Assembly (NCBI GenBank): GCA_050950765.1
Contig: JBMNIF010000003.1
Span: forward strand, 576,001-640,000
Direction: 5' to 3'
Origin: Bdellovibrionota bacterium
Lineage (GTDB): Bacteria > Bdellovibrionota_C > UBA2361 > JAAYZI01
Length of the DNA stretch: 64,000 nucleotides
Shown: positions 1-9,866 of the stretch, in pieces
Layout: each line of letters begins with the position of its first letter
Numbering within the stretch: position 1 is the stretch's first letter
Made by a program: the position numbers and the translations under genes
The notes under the pieces: model-generated
What the model was told of the DNA's origin: nothing
Databases searched by the model: none
Seen by the model: only the letters and a program-made list of their open reading frames with translations

Positions 1-2
1 TA

Positions 3-1499
3 GAGTTAGAACAAGATAAGATAGATTTTCATCCATACTTGGAACGGCTGCATCAAGCTAAGCAGATCCAGATTGATGGCGATGATATCTATTTAACGCC
101 TCTTTATAACGCAGAAAACGTGGTGGCTGATTTCATAGCAAGCCGCGTTACAAAATTTAAAACTCCACAGATCCCTCTAATAAAACAGAAAGAAGCCATT
201 CAAGAAGCGGAAGAAGCTTTAAATATCACCCTCAGCGCAAAGCAACGTCAGGCGGTACACTTTGCTGCCGACTATCCGCTACTCGCTATAAGTGGCGGAC
301 CAGGTTGCGGTAAAACAACCCTCATCAAAGCTTTAAGTATTATGTTTAAAAAAGCAGAGAAGGTTTTAGCGTTGGCAGCACCGACTGGAAAAGCTGCACA
401 ACGGATGTCTCAAGTTTGTGGAGTTCCAGCTTATACGATTCATCGTTTACTCGGTTACGATCCGATTAAAAACACCTTTAATTACCGTCAAAACGAACCA
501 CTCTGTATAGACAACGGATCTGAGACTCCGCAATTAGTTGATGCCGTTATCATAGATGAAGCCTCTATGATTGACATACAACTTGCTAAGGCTCTCTTCT
601 GTGCTATCCCGCAACGTGCCACCCTAATTTTAGTCGGCGACAAAGACCAGCTCCCTTCTGTGGGTCCAGGACGACTTTTTGCTGATATCCTTTCTTTAGA
701 TTCTATCTGTACTGTAACGCTGACTCAACTTTATCGTAGAGAAGAAGCCTCAAAGATCACCACTATCGCTCATGAGATAAACTCCGGCAGACTTCCGCAG
801 ATCCCCGCAATCGGTAGCACTATCAGTGATGCTTATTTTGTAGAGCTTAATGATACTACTGAGATCGTGAATTACGTTTTACGTCTTATCACAAAACAGA
901 TCCCCAAATATCGCAACCTTACTTCAAAAGATATCTCCGTTTTAACGCCAGCAAATGTCGGTCCACTGGGCACGCTAGAGCTGAACTATCGTTTGCAAGA
1001 TGCTCTTAACCCAACTCAAATTCCAGGTAAATTTATCAATATCGGTAACAAACAGTTACGTGTTGGAGATAAAGTTTGTCAACGTGTTAATAATTACAAG
1101 ATCGATCTCGATGGTGTCTTTAATGGAGACTCCGGCACCGTTCGCGAAGTAGATGCAGCAAATGAGAGCATAGTTGTTGAACTTTGGGACGGTCGTTTTA
1201 TTAAATATCAGGGGAAAGCTATCGAACAACTCTCTTTAGCTTATGCCGTCACAATCCACAGGTCTCAAGGTTCAGAGCTGCCGTGTGTGATAATGGTGTT
1301 ACACGATTCGCACTATATTTTATTAGAAAGACAACTGATCTACACCGGCATAACACGAGCAAAAGAGTTACTCTTTATTATTGGGACAAGACGTGCCCTG
1401 TATAATGCCGTAACAAAAACAAGTGTTAATCAAAGGCAAACTAACCTCTGCCGTCGTATCACAAACTCCTTGCAAATAATTAACACCACTATCTTTTAA
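3..1499 (+). CDS. recD2: RecD2/TraA-family SF1B helicase, 5'-truncated by the window edge
   Basis: Walker A GGPGCGKTT, APTGKAA, TIHRLL, IIDEASM, VGDKDQLPSVGPG, AYAVTIHRSQGSE, YTGITRAK. The frame is open from position 3, so the true start lies upstream of the window. Confidence 0.93.
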   Translation, partial: ELEQDKIDFHPYLERLHQAKQIQIDGDDIYLTPLYNAENVVADFIASRVTKFKTPQIPLIKQKEAIQEAEEALNITLSAKQRQAVHFAADYPLLAISGGPGCGKTTLIKALSIMFKKAEKVLALAAPTGKAAQRMSQVCGVPAYTIHRLLGYDPIKNTFNYRQNEPLCIDNGSETPQLVDAVIIDEASMIDIQLAKALFCAIPQRATLILVGDKDQLPSVGPGRLFADILSLDSICTVTLTQLYRREEASKITTIAHEINSGRLPQIPAIGSTISDAYFVELNDTTEIVNYVLRLITKQIPKYRNLTSKDISVLTPANVGPLGTLELNYRLQDALNPTQIPGKFINIGNKQLRVGDKVCQRVNNYKIDLDGVFNGDSGTVREVDAANESIVVELWDGRFIKYQGKAIEQLSLAYAVTIHRSQGSELPCVIMVLHDSHYILLERQLIYTGITRAKELLFIIGTRRALYNAVTKTSVNQRQTNLCRRITNSLQIINTTIF

Positions 1500-1649
1500 T
1501 CAGAATAAAATAAGGAGTATTGATCGCTTACCTATCTCTCCTTTAAATATTTTACGAAAAGAGGAGGCATCCCTCTTAATAAAGGGATCAGCAATAAGGC
1601 GAGAATTATAAGTGATATGAAAAGATATCTGTATTGTTAAGATAACACT

Positions 1650-2948
1650 TTACTCTTTATTCAAAGCTTCAATTACAAGTTGCGGTGTTAGTATAGGTGG
1701 AAGAATGATCGGGGAGGATTCTTTATCTCCTTGATTATCGATCGAAAAGAGAGAGCGCTTATTTTTTGCAGGATAAATAACTGTCATAGGAATACTAATT
1801 CTACCAAATTTTTCTAAAGCCGCTGCAATTTCTGCGCTCCTTGATGTCCAATCACCTCTAACAAGAGCAATGTTCTTTTCCTTTAAAAGGGAGAGAACTG
1901 CATCAGAGGAAAAAACTACTTTTTTATTAAGTTGACACGTTAAACACCACTTTGCTGTAAAATCCAGATAGATCGGACGCCCCGATCTCTTTAAACTTTC
2001 CAATGTAGTAGGAGAGAAATCAATCCATTCGAGATCCTCTGCCAAATAAGGTGAGCTTCCAAGATTATCATTATTTAATTGTTCAAACTTAAATGAAGGA
2101 AGTGTTAAAAGAATTAAGAAGAGAAAAAGACAGGTCCACTTAAAAGAAAAACGATCAGATCCTTTTTTCTTCCAAATCATAGCCATAAAGTAGATCACTA
2201 CTATCCCTAGCACTCCTCCCGTAAACGACAACACCCCTTCAAGAGAATACAATACCCACAACAACCACAAAGTCGTTCCGAAAAGAGGTAGTGCTAAAAA
2301 ATGTTTTAAGCGCACCATCCAGATCCCTGATTTCGGTAGATATGCAATTACGTGTGGAAAAAGAGAGAGGATAAAATAAGGGAACGCCATACCACATCCA
2401 AGCGCCGTAATAATCAATAAAAACGGGAGAGTTCCCATCAGTAGCCCCGCTCCGATAGCAGCTCCCATAAAGGGGGCACTGCACGGCGTAGCCACCAAAG
2501 TTGTTAGGCATCCTGACAAAAAAGCACCGAAAGGAGATCCAAGTTCAGTCTTTGCCTCTTTTCTACCAAAAAATGCGGCAAGCGATCCCCCCACTTCCAA
2601 AAAATCAAGAAAGAAAAGGGTGAGCAACGTAAAGAGATAGATCATAAACTTTAAAAAAATCGGAGATTGCAATTGAAATCCCCAACCGACATACTCTCCG
2701 AAAGATCTAAAACAGACAAAAACAGCTGCTAGAAGCAGGGCGGAAAAGATTATCCCCATTGAAAAAAAGAGTGCGTTCCTGACAGCGGCGCTCCGAGAAA
2801 CGTTTTTTGTAAGTCCGTAAATTTTTATCGCTAAGACAGGAAAGACACACGGCATTAAGTTAAGTAATATCCCGCCTAAAAAGCCGTAACAAAGTATTAG
2901 AAATAGAGAAGCACCTTCCATGCAGACGATACTAATTCTGCTTCGCAA
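1650..2948 (-). CDS. DsbD/DipZ-like thiol:disulfide interchange protein (membrane domain + C-terminal thioredoxin)
   Basis: LNLMPCVFPVL and ATPCSAPF transmembrane Cys motifs; C-terminal DFTAKWCLTC thioredoxin motif. No N-terminal DsbD-alpha domain. Start codon uncertain. Confidence 0.85.
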   Translation of the reverse strand: MRSRISIVCMEGASLFLILCYGFLGGILLNLMPCVFPVLAIKIYGLTKNVSRSAAVRNALFFSMGIIFSALLLAAVFVCFRSFGEYVGWGFQLQSPIFLKFMIYLFTLLTLFFLDFLEVGGSLAAFFGRKEAKTELGSPFGAFLSGCLTTLVATPCSAPFMGAAIGAGLLMGTLPFLLIITALGCGMAFPYFILSLFPHVIAYLPKSGIWMVRLKHFLALPLFGTTLWLLWVLYSLEGVLSFTGGVLGIVVIYFMAMIWKKKGSDRFSFKWTCLFLFLILLTLPSFKFEQLNNDNLGSSPYLAEDLEWIDFSPTTLESLKRSGRPIYLDFTAKWCLTCQLNKKVVFSSDAVLSLLKEKNIALVRGDWTSRSAEIAAALEKFGRISIPMTVIYPAKNKRSLFSIDNQGDKESSPIILPPILTPQLVIEALNKE

Positions 2949-3044
2949 AAAAGAACACCCATTTTTTATCTTTTACTACCGTTACATTCAGATTAGGTTC
3001 AGATCAGGTTATAATCATCTTTAAGAAAAAACTAATAAACGCAA

Positions 3045-3078
3045 AAGGGGACTTTAAGATCTCTCTTGAAGTCCCCTT
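3045..3078 (-). terminator. Intrinsic terminator-like hairpin after the hsp20 pair
   Basis: AAGGGGACTTTAAGA-tctc-TCTTGAAGTCCCCTT inverted repeat 40 bp after the hsp20 stop, with a short T run on the minus strand. Confidence 0.7.
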
Positions 3079-3118
3079 GCACGTTCTTAGCGACACGGTT
3101 CAATTTATCAATTCTTTT

Positions 3119-3493
3119 TTAATTGATGCTTTTTACATCAATCTTTCTCGGCTTAACCTTCTCTGACTTAGGAAGAGTTAATTTTAACTCTCCATCTTTT
3201 AACTCAGCTTTAATCTTATCAACTGCGATATTTTGATCAGAAAGGGAGAACTCTCTTCTAAAATCAGTAGAGATATATTCTCTTCTGGAAGCTTCTGCTG
3301 TGCCACTCTCTTTTTTCTCAACGTGTCCTGTAATACTCAATATCCCGTTCTGAAACGTTACATCTAAACACTTCTTATCTACACCCGGCATATCAAGTAA
3401 CACCTCAAACTTATCCGCATCTTCAAAGATATCGCATAAAGGTGTACGCCACTTATTTTCATGGGTGGTTGTTTCAATCTGTTTGTTACTCAT
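3119..3493 (-). CDS. Hsp20/alpha-crystallin small heat shock protein
   Basis: PLCDIFED, DMPGVDK, FRREFSL, AELKDGELKLTLPK, PRKIDV (IxV tail). Confidence 0.93.
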   Translation of the reverse strand: MSNKQIETTTHENKWRTPLCDIFEDADKFEVLLDMPGVDKKCLDVTFQNGILSITGHVEKKESGTAEASRREYISTDFRREFSLSDQNIAVDKIKAELKDGELKLTLPKSEKVKPRKIDVKSIN

Positions 3494-3559
3494 TTTTTAA
3501 TCCTCCTAAACCTTTCGGTATGCTTAAATAAACGCTCTGCCTGTTTTTATGCGTTTGTA

Positions 3560-3994
3560 TTATTTCGCTGCACTAATCTGCACCTTGCGCGGCTTATCTT
3601 CTTCTTTACGTGGTAAAACAATCGTTAAGATTCCGTTTTGCAAAGTAGCTTCCACACCGTTAGAATTAATTTCAAAAGGAAGTTGAATGTTTCTACTAAA
3701 GGCACCAAAGGAACGCTCCTCTCTTAGTGCACTATCTGCCTCAGAACGTTTTCTAGAGCCTTTTAAAGTAACGCTATTCCCGAGCACTTCAATCTCTAAG
3801 TCCTCTTTTTTAACAGCGGGAAGCTCTGCTTCAAGGGTGGCTTTATTTTTATCATAAAAAACATTTATCGCCGGATGCCCTGAAGAAACTTCTCTGACGG
3901 TATCCCAAATAATATCTCCAAATTCCTCTTGCAGCCGTCTTAGGCTATCAAATGGATCTAATCTAAAATATCTTAATGGTCTCATTATTGTCAT
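3560..3994 (-). CDS. Hsp20/alpha-crystallin small heat shock protein
   Basis: PAINV, AELPAV, REERSFGAFSRNIQLP, ATLQNGILTIVLPR, KPRKVQI. Confidence 0.93.
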   Translation of the reverse strand: MTIMRPLRYFRLDPFDSLRRLQEEFGDIIWDTVREVSSGHPAINVFYDKNKATLEAELPAVKKEDLEIEVLGNSVTLKGSRKRSEADSALREERSFGAFSRNIQLPFEINSNGVEATLQNGILTIVLPRKEEDKPRKVQISAAK

Positions 3995-4029
3995 TTTTCC
4001 CTCACTTTCAATGTCTTTAACACTATGAT

Positions 4030-4060
4030 TTAGATAAGCACGGTATCTCGCATTTTCAAG
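4030..4060 (-). promoter_or_regulatory. Putative RpoH (sigma32)-type heat-shock promoter of the hsp20 pair
   Basis: Minus strand reads CTTGAAAATGCGAGATACCGTGCTTATCTAA. CTTGAAA matches the sigma32 -35 box, and the same TTG(A/C)AAA-N14-CTTATC layout occurs upstream of grpE. Confidence 0.55.
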
Positions 4061-4275
4061 GGTCTTATTAAAAATTGCTGCTAGCTCTCATAAAAAATCT
4101 ACAAAAAATTAAGATCTCATAATAAAACTACTTAGGATCTGTACCAAAATGTATCTTTTGAAATATCTTTATAAAGGTAATATGATTGCGCTGCTGGTGA
4201 GAGGATAATACTCTGCTATCAACAGGGGATGCCTGTACTTACACAATTTAATTTTTCTTTAATAGAGAGAGTCTC

Positions 4276-4737
4276 GTGAATATATTTCTCATTATTTTAG
4301 TAGTGATCTTAAGTCTGGTTGTCGGCTGGTTCGCCGGAACTGCTATCATGGATAGACGTTTGCAAAAAAAGGTTGCAGAGTATGAACAGGTCATTGCAGA
4401 GCACGGACAAAAACAGAGCGTCTTTACTGCTTCAATTCGAGATGAATTACTTAATATTCGTTCAGGAATAATAAAAGCAGCTTCAGCTTATGAAGATGTT
4501 GTTAATCTGGTTGAAAAAGAACTAAACGTCAAAGAGGACTTACACATCATTCCGATCCTCCCTGGTAATCATCTATTAACTATCACACCAAAAACTCCCC
4601 TTGAGAAATTACCACCCATTTATGAAGATACTAAAGAAGACACAAAAAAAGATACCGCAGATGTAACGGAGCCCACTCCCGAACAACAGCCGACAGATAA
4701 CTCTTCAGAGGCTGAAAAAGACCCTATATCCAACTGA
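4276..4737 (+). CDS. Hypothetical membrane-anchored coiled-coil protein
   Basis: N-terminal TM helix, predicted helical region, acidic/Pro-rich tail; GAGAG RBS-like sequence upstream. Architecture loosely like ZapG/YhcB, not confirmed. Confidence 0.6.
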   Translation: MNIFLIILVVILSLVVGWFAGTAIMDRRLQKKVAEYEQVIAEHGQKQSVFTASIRDELLNIRSGIIKAASAYEDVVNLVEKELNVKEDLHIIPILPGNHLLTITPKTPLEKLPPIYEDTKEDTKKDTADVTEPTPEQQPTDNSSEAEKDPISN

Positions 4738-4773
4738 TACTACACAACAAATCAATTTAAACGAACCCAATCT

Positions 4774-5430
4774 ATGCTCCCCTCATCTAACGGGGCGGGA
4801 GCATATATTATGAAAACTATATCTAAAGTGATCATTATATTAACACTGCTTTTAAACGCCGCACCAACATGGGCAGAGCAGTTTTCGATAGTGAAGGGTG
4901 TTGGTAAATCAATGCTAATTACCAACAGAAAACAGACAAGAGGAGAAGTTGTAAAACATTTTTCACTACGTGCTTTTGATAAAGTTGCCTTTAGTAAAGT
5001 CAACGTACGTTTTAGCAAAAGATGTTATAAGAATAAAAATTACGATCGTATTATCAACGCTGCCGCTATGCGTTACAAAGTGGACCCAGCGCTAGTGAAA
5101 GCTGTTATGCACGCTGAATCATCTTTCAACGCTTGCGCTAAATCGCCTAAAGGTGCCATAGGACTTATGCAGCTTATGCCTGCCACAGCGCGTTATCTCG
5201 GGGTAAAAAATCCTTATGAGCCGAGAGAAAATGTTAGAGGTGGTGTTAAATATCTTTCTCAACTAATGCTTCGTTACAAAGGAGACATCAAGCTTTCTTT
5301 AGCAGCTTATAATGCTGGGCCGGGATCCGTCTCTCAATATGGCGGAGTGCCGCCATACACAGAAACAAGGGCTTATATAAACAGGGTCTTAAGTCTACAT
5401 AAGCACTACAAGGGGCGTATTCGTCTCTGA
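4774..5430 (+). CDS. Lytic transglycosylase (SLT domain), exported
   Basis: AVMHAESSFN, GAIGLMQLMPATA, LAAYNAGPG, PPYTETRAY. Signal peptide starts at the likely start ATG 4810. Confidence 0.93.
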   Translation: MLPSSNGAGAYIMKTISKVIIILTLLLNAAPTWAEQFSIVKGVGKSMLITNRKQTRGEVVKHFSLRAFDKVAFSKVNVRFSKRCYKNKNYDRIINAAAMRYKVDPALVKAVMHAESSFNACAKSPKGAIGLMQLMPATARYLGVKNPYEPRENVRGGVKYLSQLMLRYKGDIKLSLAAYNAGPGSVSQYGGVPPYTETRAYINRVLSLHKHYKGRIRL

Positions 5431-5664
5431 TTCATAAAGATAAATCTTTAGAGATGAACGTCTCTAAGTTCTAAGTTTTTTGAACTTTTTAGCTTTGAAA
5501 TATAGTGAGCTCGGAAGTTAGAAGAGAGATCTTTAAAATACGTTAAAAAATTAGCTTCATTTTCACCTTACTTAGCATCTAAGTCTCTAAGGGGAGTGAG
5601 TCTTTAAGGTGCTCCCGTTATACGTTTTTTAGCGAAAGTTTTAGCTATAACCATATGATTTTTA

Positions 5665-7608
5665 ATGATACGTCAAATAAGCGTCAAAGTTATGGGGGTG
5701 TTTGTTATCGTTGGGATAGCTTTTCTCTGTTTAGTACCAGCCTTACAACTCTTAGAACTTTTTCCTTTTGAAATAATTGATCTTCCAAATCTCGTATTAA
5801 CCAACTTTTGTGCTTGGATCTTAATCCTCTTCTTTTTTTTAAATCAGAGAAAGTTAAAAAATGAAACATTAAAAGTTGCTGATGAGCTCGGTCTCGATAC
5901 GCCACACTTCGAATCATTAGAAGCAACAACTCTTAAGGTATTAAAAGAGCTTCAAAGAAAAAGTAGCTCTCTTTCAATCAATTTAATTGAGAGGAAGATT
6001 AACTCCAAAGAAGAGCTCTCTATCACTTTAGAGCGGATAGTGACTTTGGCTTATCGTCTTTTAAATGCAGAATCTGCAGAAATGGCGCTTTTTGATAGTG
6101 CATCGACGCTTTATCACTCCTCGTTTGTGATCGGAAAACCTTTTGCTGATAACGCACAAGCTGTCCTTTCTGGTGCCGTAGATGGTGCAGAAGAGAAGCC
6201 GTCACCTGATGTTTTAGTGCAGCCGATCGCTTTCGCCGGTTCAGTTTTGGGAAGTTTACGGGTAGCCTTAAAAAAGGGAACTTCTCCTACTACGTGCGAT
6301 AAAGAGATCTTGCGTGTAGTGGCGCTTCAAAGTGGAGTGGCGATTTTAAACGCTTCTTATACTGATGAATTGATGCGCATGAAGCGTGCTTCTGCCGAAT
6401 CGGTCAAGGTTAAGACAGGATTTTTAGCCAATTTGAGCCACGAGATTAGAGGCCCTTTAGGGATTATGCTAAACGCAGTGGAGCTGGTCTTAGATGGCTT
6501 ATGCGGTGCGGTAACTGTTGATCAATTAGAAACATTGAAGATGGTCAGGATGAATGGTGAGCATCTTTTAGACCTGATTAATGATGTTCTTGATTACGCT
6601 AAGATTGAATCAGGGAAGACCACACCGCAACCTGTCAATCTTCTTGTTAACGATCTCTTAAAAGACATGGTTTCCGTTATGAAAACACAAGCAGAGAAAA
6701 AATCTCACACTCTGCTATTAAGAGAATCTTCAGAAGCGTTAACCATTAACATCGATAAACGCCACGCCAGACAGATGTTAATCAACCTCCTTACTAACGC
6801 CATAAAATATACACCTGATGGTGGTAAGATCGAAGTTTGGGCTGAACGTGCTGCTTCAAATCGCGTTAAAATCAATGTTAAAGATAGCGGCATCGGGATA
6901 GAAGAATCGGCTCGAGAGAAGGTTTTTTCAGCTTTTGAGAGGATTGAAAATAGCTACTCCATTACGCAAGTTGGAGCGGGGCTGGGCATGGCAGTTACTA
7001 AAAAGTTGGCGGAAGTAAACGGCGGTCAGATAGATTTTAAATCTCTTCCTAATCAAGGCTCTCACTTCTGGATCAGTTTTCCGGCAGTGCAGTTCAATGC
7101 GCTGGAACATTCAAAGGGAGAAGAGCAAACGGTTGAAGAACCTGTTAAGGGTAACGGAGAAGTGATCTTACTGATGGAATCAAACGGTGCAGAGAGAGAT
7201 GTAACTTCACGCTATCTACAAAGTAAAGGCTTTACCGTTATTGCTGTCAGTACTGAAACAGAAGCATTAGATGTTTTACGACTTGGTGAAGTAAAACTTG
7301 TACTAATGGATAATAATCTTATCGATAGGCAGCATGAAGATGTTATACAATCTATCCGTGATGCAGCGCAGTCGAATCTCCTTCCTATCATCCTTGTCAG
7401 CTCTAAGGCTTTCCCTTTTGATATCGAAAAGTATTTAAAGATCGGGATAGACCTCTGCTTAAGTAAACCCGTAAGCTTGCATAAGTTGGCTTCTGTTTGT
7501 CGTAAAGTTTTAGATGGTAGTGGTACAAAGGTCGCTGTTAAAACTACAACGGATACAGCAGAGATGCAGAAACCATCCCTTCCTCCAGATTCATCAAGTT
7601 TAAAATGA
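5665..7608 (+). CDS. Hybrid sensor histidine kinase (2 TM, GAF-like, HisKA, HATPase, receiver)
   Basis: FLANLSHEIRGPL H-box, NLLTNAIKYT N-box, DSGIGI, GAGLGM, C-terminal receiver with LVLMD and SKP. Confidence 0.92.
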   Translation: MIRQISVKVMGVFVIVGIAFLCLVPALQLLELFPFEIIDLPNLVLTNFCAWILILFFFLNQRKLKNETLKVADELGLDTPHFESLEATTLKVLKELQRKSSSLSINLIERKINSKEELSITLERIVTLAYRLLNAESAEMALFDSASTLYHSSFVIGKPFADNAQAVLSGAVDGAEEKPSPDVLVQPIAFAGSVLGSLRVALKKGTSPTTCDKEILRVVALQSGVAILNASYTDELMRMKRASAESVKVKTGFLANLSHEIRGPLGIMLNAVELVLDGLCGAVTVDQLETLKMVRMNGEHLLDLINDVLDYAKIESGKTTPQPVNLLVNDLLKDMVSVMKTQAEKKSHTLLLRESSEALTINIDKRHARQMLINLLTNAIKYTPDGGKIEVWAERAASNRVKINVKDSGIGIEESAREKVFSAFERIENSYSITQVGAGLGMAVTKKLAEVNGGQIDFKSLPNQGSHFWISFPAVQFNALEHSKGEEQTVEEPVKGNGEVILLMESNGAERDVTSRYLQSKGFTVIAVSTETEALDVLRLGEVKLVLMDNNLIDRQHEDVIQSIRDAAQSNLLPIILVSSKAFPFDIEKYLKIGIDLCLSKPVSLHKLASVCRKVLDGSGTKVAVKTTTDTAEMQKPSLPPDSSSLK

Positions 7609-7610
7609 AT

Positions 7611-7851
7611 TCGTTGTACCCTTTAATGATGACGATGGAACGGGTAGATACTGCATAGAGAATTAGCTAGATCTCTACGGAGGTCAAAAATTTGTTAATA
7701 CCCTTCAGGGACGGTGAAAAGGGGTGTTACTAAAAAATGAATCAGCTAGATCTCTACGGAGGTAAAAAATTTGTTGTACCCTTCTATGATGACGATGAAA
7801 CGGGTAGATACTGCATAGAGAATTAGCTAGATCTCTACGGAGGTAAAAAAT
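7611..7851. repeat. Three tandem ~80-bp units of a dispersed repeat family
   Basis: Core GAAT(T/C)AGCTAGATCTCTACGGAGGT(C/A)AAAAAT at about 7660, 7739 and 7820. Units 1 and 3 are nearly identical. Confidence 0.9.
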
Positions 7852-8040
7852 AGAACCATCGTATTTCTTTAAGTTGCATCTAAAAAGTATAAAGATGTTC
7901 TCTCAGATGATCGATACTACTTTGAGAGAGCTTGTTCTCATGAGGAGAGGTGTTTTTTGTAACACTTAACGGGGAAACGGTTTTTTTATTTTTTTAACAC
8001 TTTAGGAAGCAAAAAAGGTTTTTAGAAGGGGAGGAGAGGC

Positions 8041-8376
8041 GTGAAGAGAAGAGATGTAGAAGAGGAAAGGAATACAGCTATCTTTACAGCTTATGAAGAA
8101 CAAGGTGCACCAGATCCTGTTATTCCAGAGAAGTCCCTCTTATTAGCTGTCTTGATGAACGCTTTAGCAGACCTACATAAAGATGGAGCTGTGGCGATCA
8201 AAGCTGCGGAATATATGTTAAGCCCTGAAGATGATTATCTTTTTTCATTTCAATCGGTCTGTAATTATCTAAATGTAGATCCAAAACGAATTCTTTACAT
8301 TTCAGGGCTACTTAAGAGAAGACCTGCTGTGCTTGATGAGTTCGGAGAGATCGATCCTGCTTCTCAGGATAAATAA
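8041..8376 (+). CDS. Conserved-looking hypothetical protein
   Basis: Strong RBS (GGAGGAGAGG) before GTG; PEKSLLLAVL...FSFQSVCNYLNVDP looks like a folded small helical protein. Confidence 0.7.
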   Translation: MKRRDVEEERNTAIFTAYEEQGAPDPVIPEKSLLLAVLMNALADLHKDGAVAIKAAEYMLSPEDDYLFSFQSVCNYLNVDPKRILYISGLLKRRPAVLDEFGEIDPASQDK

Positions 8377-8543
8377 TTCACCGTTATAAGGTGCTCCGAA
8401 AAAGATATAAAGTTTTCTTACTACTGATCCGAATAATACTTATAGAGGGTAGGCGGTTCTCCACAGGATGTGGAAGAACATCATAAAAATATGACCTGCC
8501 ATAAATAACCGTTGTGAAAAGATAATAGATAACTATTTTAGCC

Positions 8544-8801
8544 ATGGAGGGCAAAATGTTGATAGAAAGGACTCTAGCTTCACAATCTGTATACAATACC
8601 TTGCGAAAGAAACAGCTGCGACAAAAATACGTCGTGACAGTTATTGACAAAGAAACCGGCTCAAAAAAACAGTGGGAATCTTCAGATCGAGAGCATCAGT
8701 ACCAACAGAAAGAAACAGACACTTCACTACAAGAGATAACACCAGAGGTAATGCAAGAGACACCCCCTCAAAAGGAGAACTCTCTTAATGTAACAGTTTG
8801 A
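8544..8801 (+). CDS. Small hypothetical protein
   Basis: 85-aa ORF; GGAGGG precedes ATG 8556, the likely start. It converges on the MBL gene. Confidence 0.45.
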   Translation: MEGKMLIERTLASQSVYNTLRKKQLRQKYVVTVIDKETGSKKQWESSDREHQYQQKETDTSLQEITPEVMQETPPQKENSLNVTV

Positions 8802-8812
8802 TTCTTTTATTT

Positions 8813-9622
8813 TTAGAGTGAAGCAGCTAGAGATAGCACTCTTTCATCGCCACTTACCGTTATTAACGCCGTAGGGTGATACGGTGAAGCACACAGGCAG
8901 GTCTCTAAAAGAGAGAGGTCGATCTCTGCTGCTAAAGCAGATCGTACCGTAGCGTGTGTATTACTGTTTTCACTAATATGACCAAGTACTAAATGTTTTA
9001 ATCCCTCGTGAAAAACCTCACTTACTAAAGCTACTGCATTAGCATTACTTAAATGTCCATGATTAGAGGCGATGCGTTGTTTTAAATTCCACGGATAATC
9101 ACACCCCCACAACAATTTTTCATCATGATTAAACTCTAAGATAAGAGCATTACAATCTTGGCAGACACTCCGCACTAACGTTGTAACCTTTCCCAAGTCC
9201 GTAACATAGACAAGTTTTGAATGGTTATAACGAACATCAAAACCCACAGGTTCAGCAGCATCATGCGAAATAGCAAAAGGCTGAATTGAAAGCTCCCCAA
9301 AGTTAAGCGCATGCCCTGTTTTAAAGATCTGAGTTGAAAGACCATCTAAAGTTCCAAACGCATCCAACGCTGCCGCCGTTCCAGCATTCGCATAAACAGG
9401 GATTTTAAATTTCTTACAGAAAACCCGAATTCCCGCCGTATGGTCTCGATGCTCATGCGTAAGAAAAACCCCAAAAAGTGAAGATGGATCCACCCCAACA
9501 CCTTCCAGCCGTCGAACAGTTTCCCTTGCCGAAAGCCCGCAATCAATCAAAAAATTCCCAGCAGCGCTCTGCACCACAGTACAGTTAGCTTTACTGCCAC
9601 TTGCTAGAACCGCAAACTGCAT
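8813..9622 (-). CDS. MBL-fold metallo-hydrolase, YycJ/WalJ family
   Basis: MQFAVLASGSKAN, LIDCG, THEHRDH (HxHxDH), ISHDA, TDLG, LEFNHD, HGHLSN, LGHISENSN. Start set at ATG 9622. Confidence 0.92.
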   Translation of the reverse strand: MQFAVLASGSKANCTVVQSAAGNFLIDCGLSARETVRRLEGVGVDPSSLFGVFLTHEHRDHTAGIRVFCKKFKIPVYANAGTAAALDAFGTLDGLSTQIFKTGHALNFGELSIQPFAISHDAAEPVGFDVRYNHSKLVYVTDLGKVTTLVRSVCQDCNALILEFNHDEKLLWGCDYPWNLKQRIASNHGHLSNANAVALVSEVFHEGLKHLVLGHISENSNTHATVRSALAAEIDLSLLETCLCASPYHPTALITVSGDERVLSLAASL

Positions 9623-9707
9623 ATCACCCTTTATTAAATCCTCAACACCACTACTCCCAGCAGTGTAACGAATCATCTTACTAAATGCTAGCCGTCAAAT
9701 TGCAGAG

Positions 9708-9865
9708 ATTTTTTACCTTCGTCCAGATCTAGCTAATTCGTTTCTTAATTAGAGCCCGTTTTGCTGTCATTGAAGGATCTGGAAAAGTTTTTTACCTCCG
9801 TCTAGATCTAACCAATTCATTTTTTAGTTAGAGCCCGTTTTGCTGTTATTAAAGGGGATAGAAAA
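9708..9865. repeat. Two ~80-bp units of the same repeat family, opposite orientation to 7611-7851
   Basis: TTTTTTACCT(T/C)CGTC(C/T)AGATCTA(G/A)C(T/C)AATTC is the reverse complement of the 7660 core; both units also carry TTAGAGCCCGTTTTGCTGT. Confidence 0.85.
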
Positions 9866-9866
9866 T

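Noticed and set aside
7611..7851. Mini-CRISPR (32-bp repeat x3)
   Set aside because: The first and third intervening segments are near-identical and the second is related, so this is a tandem repeat.
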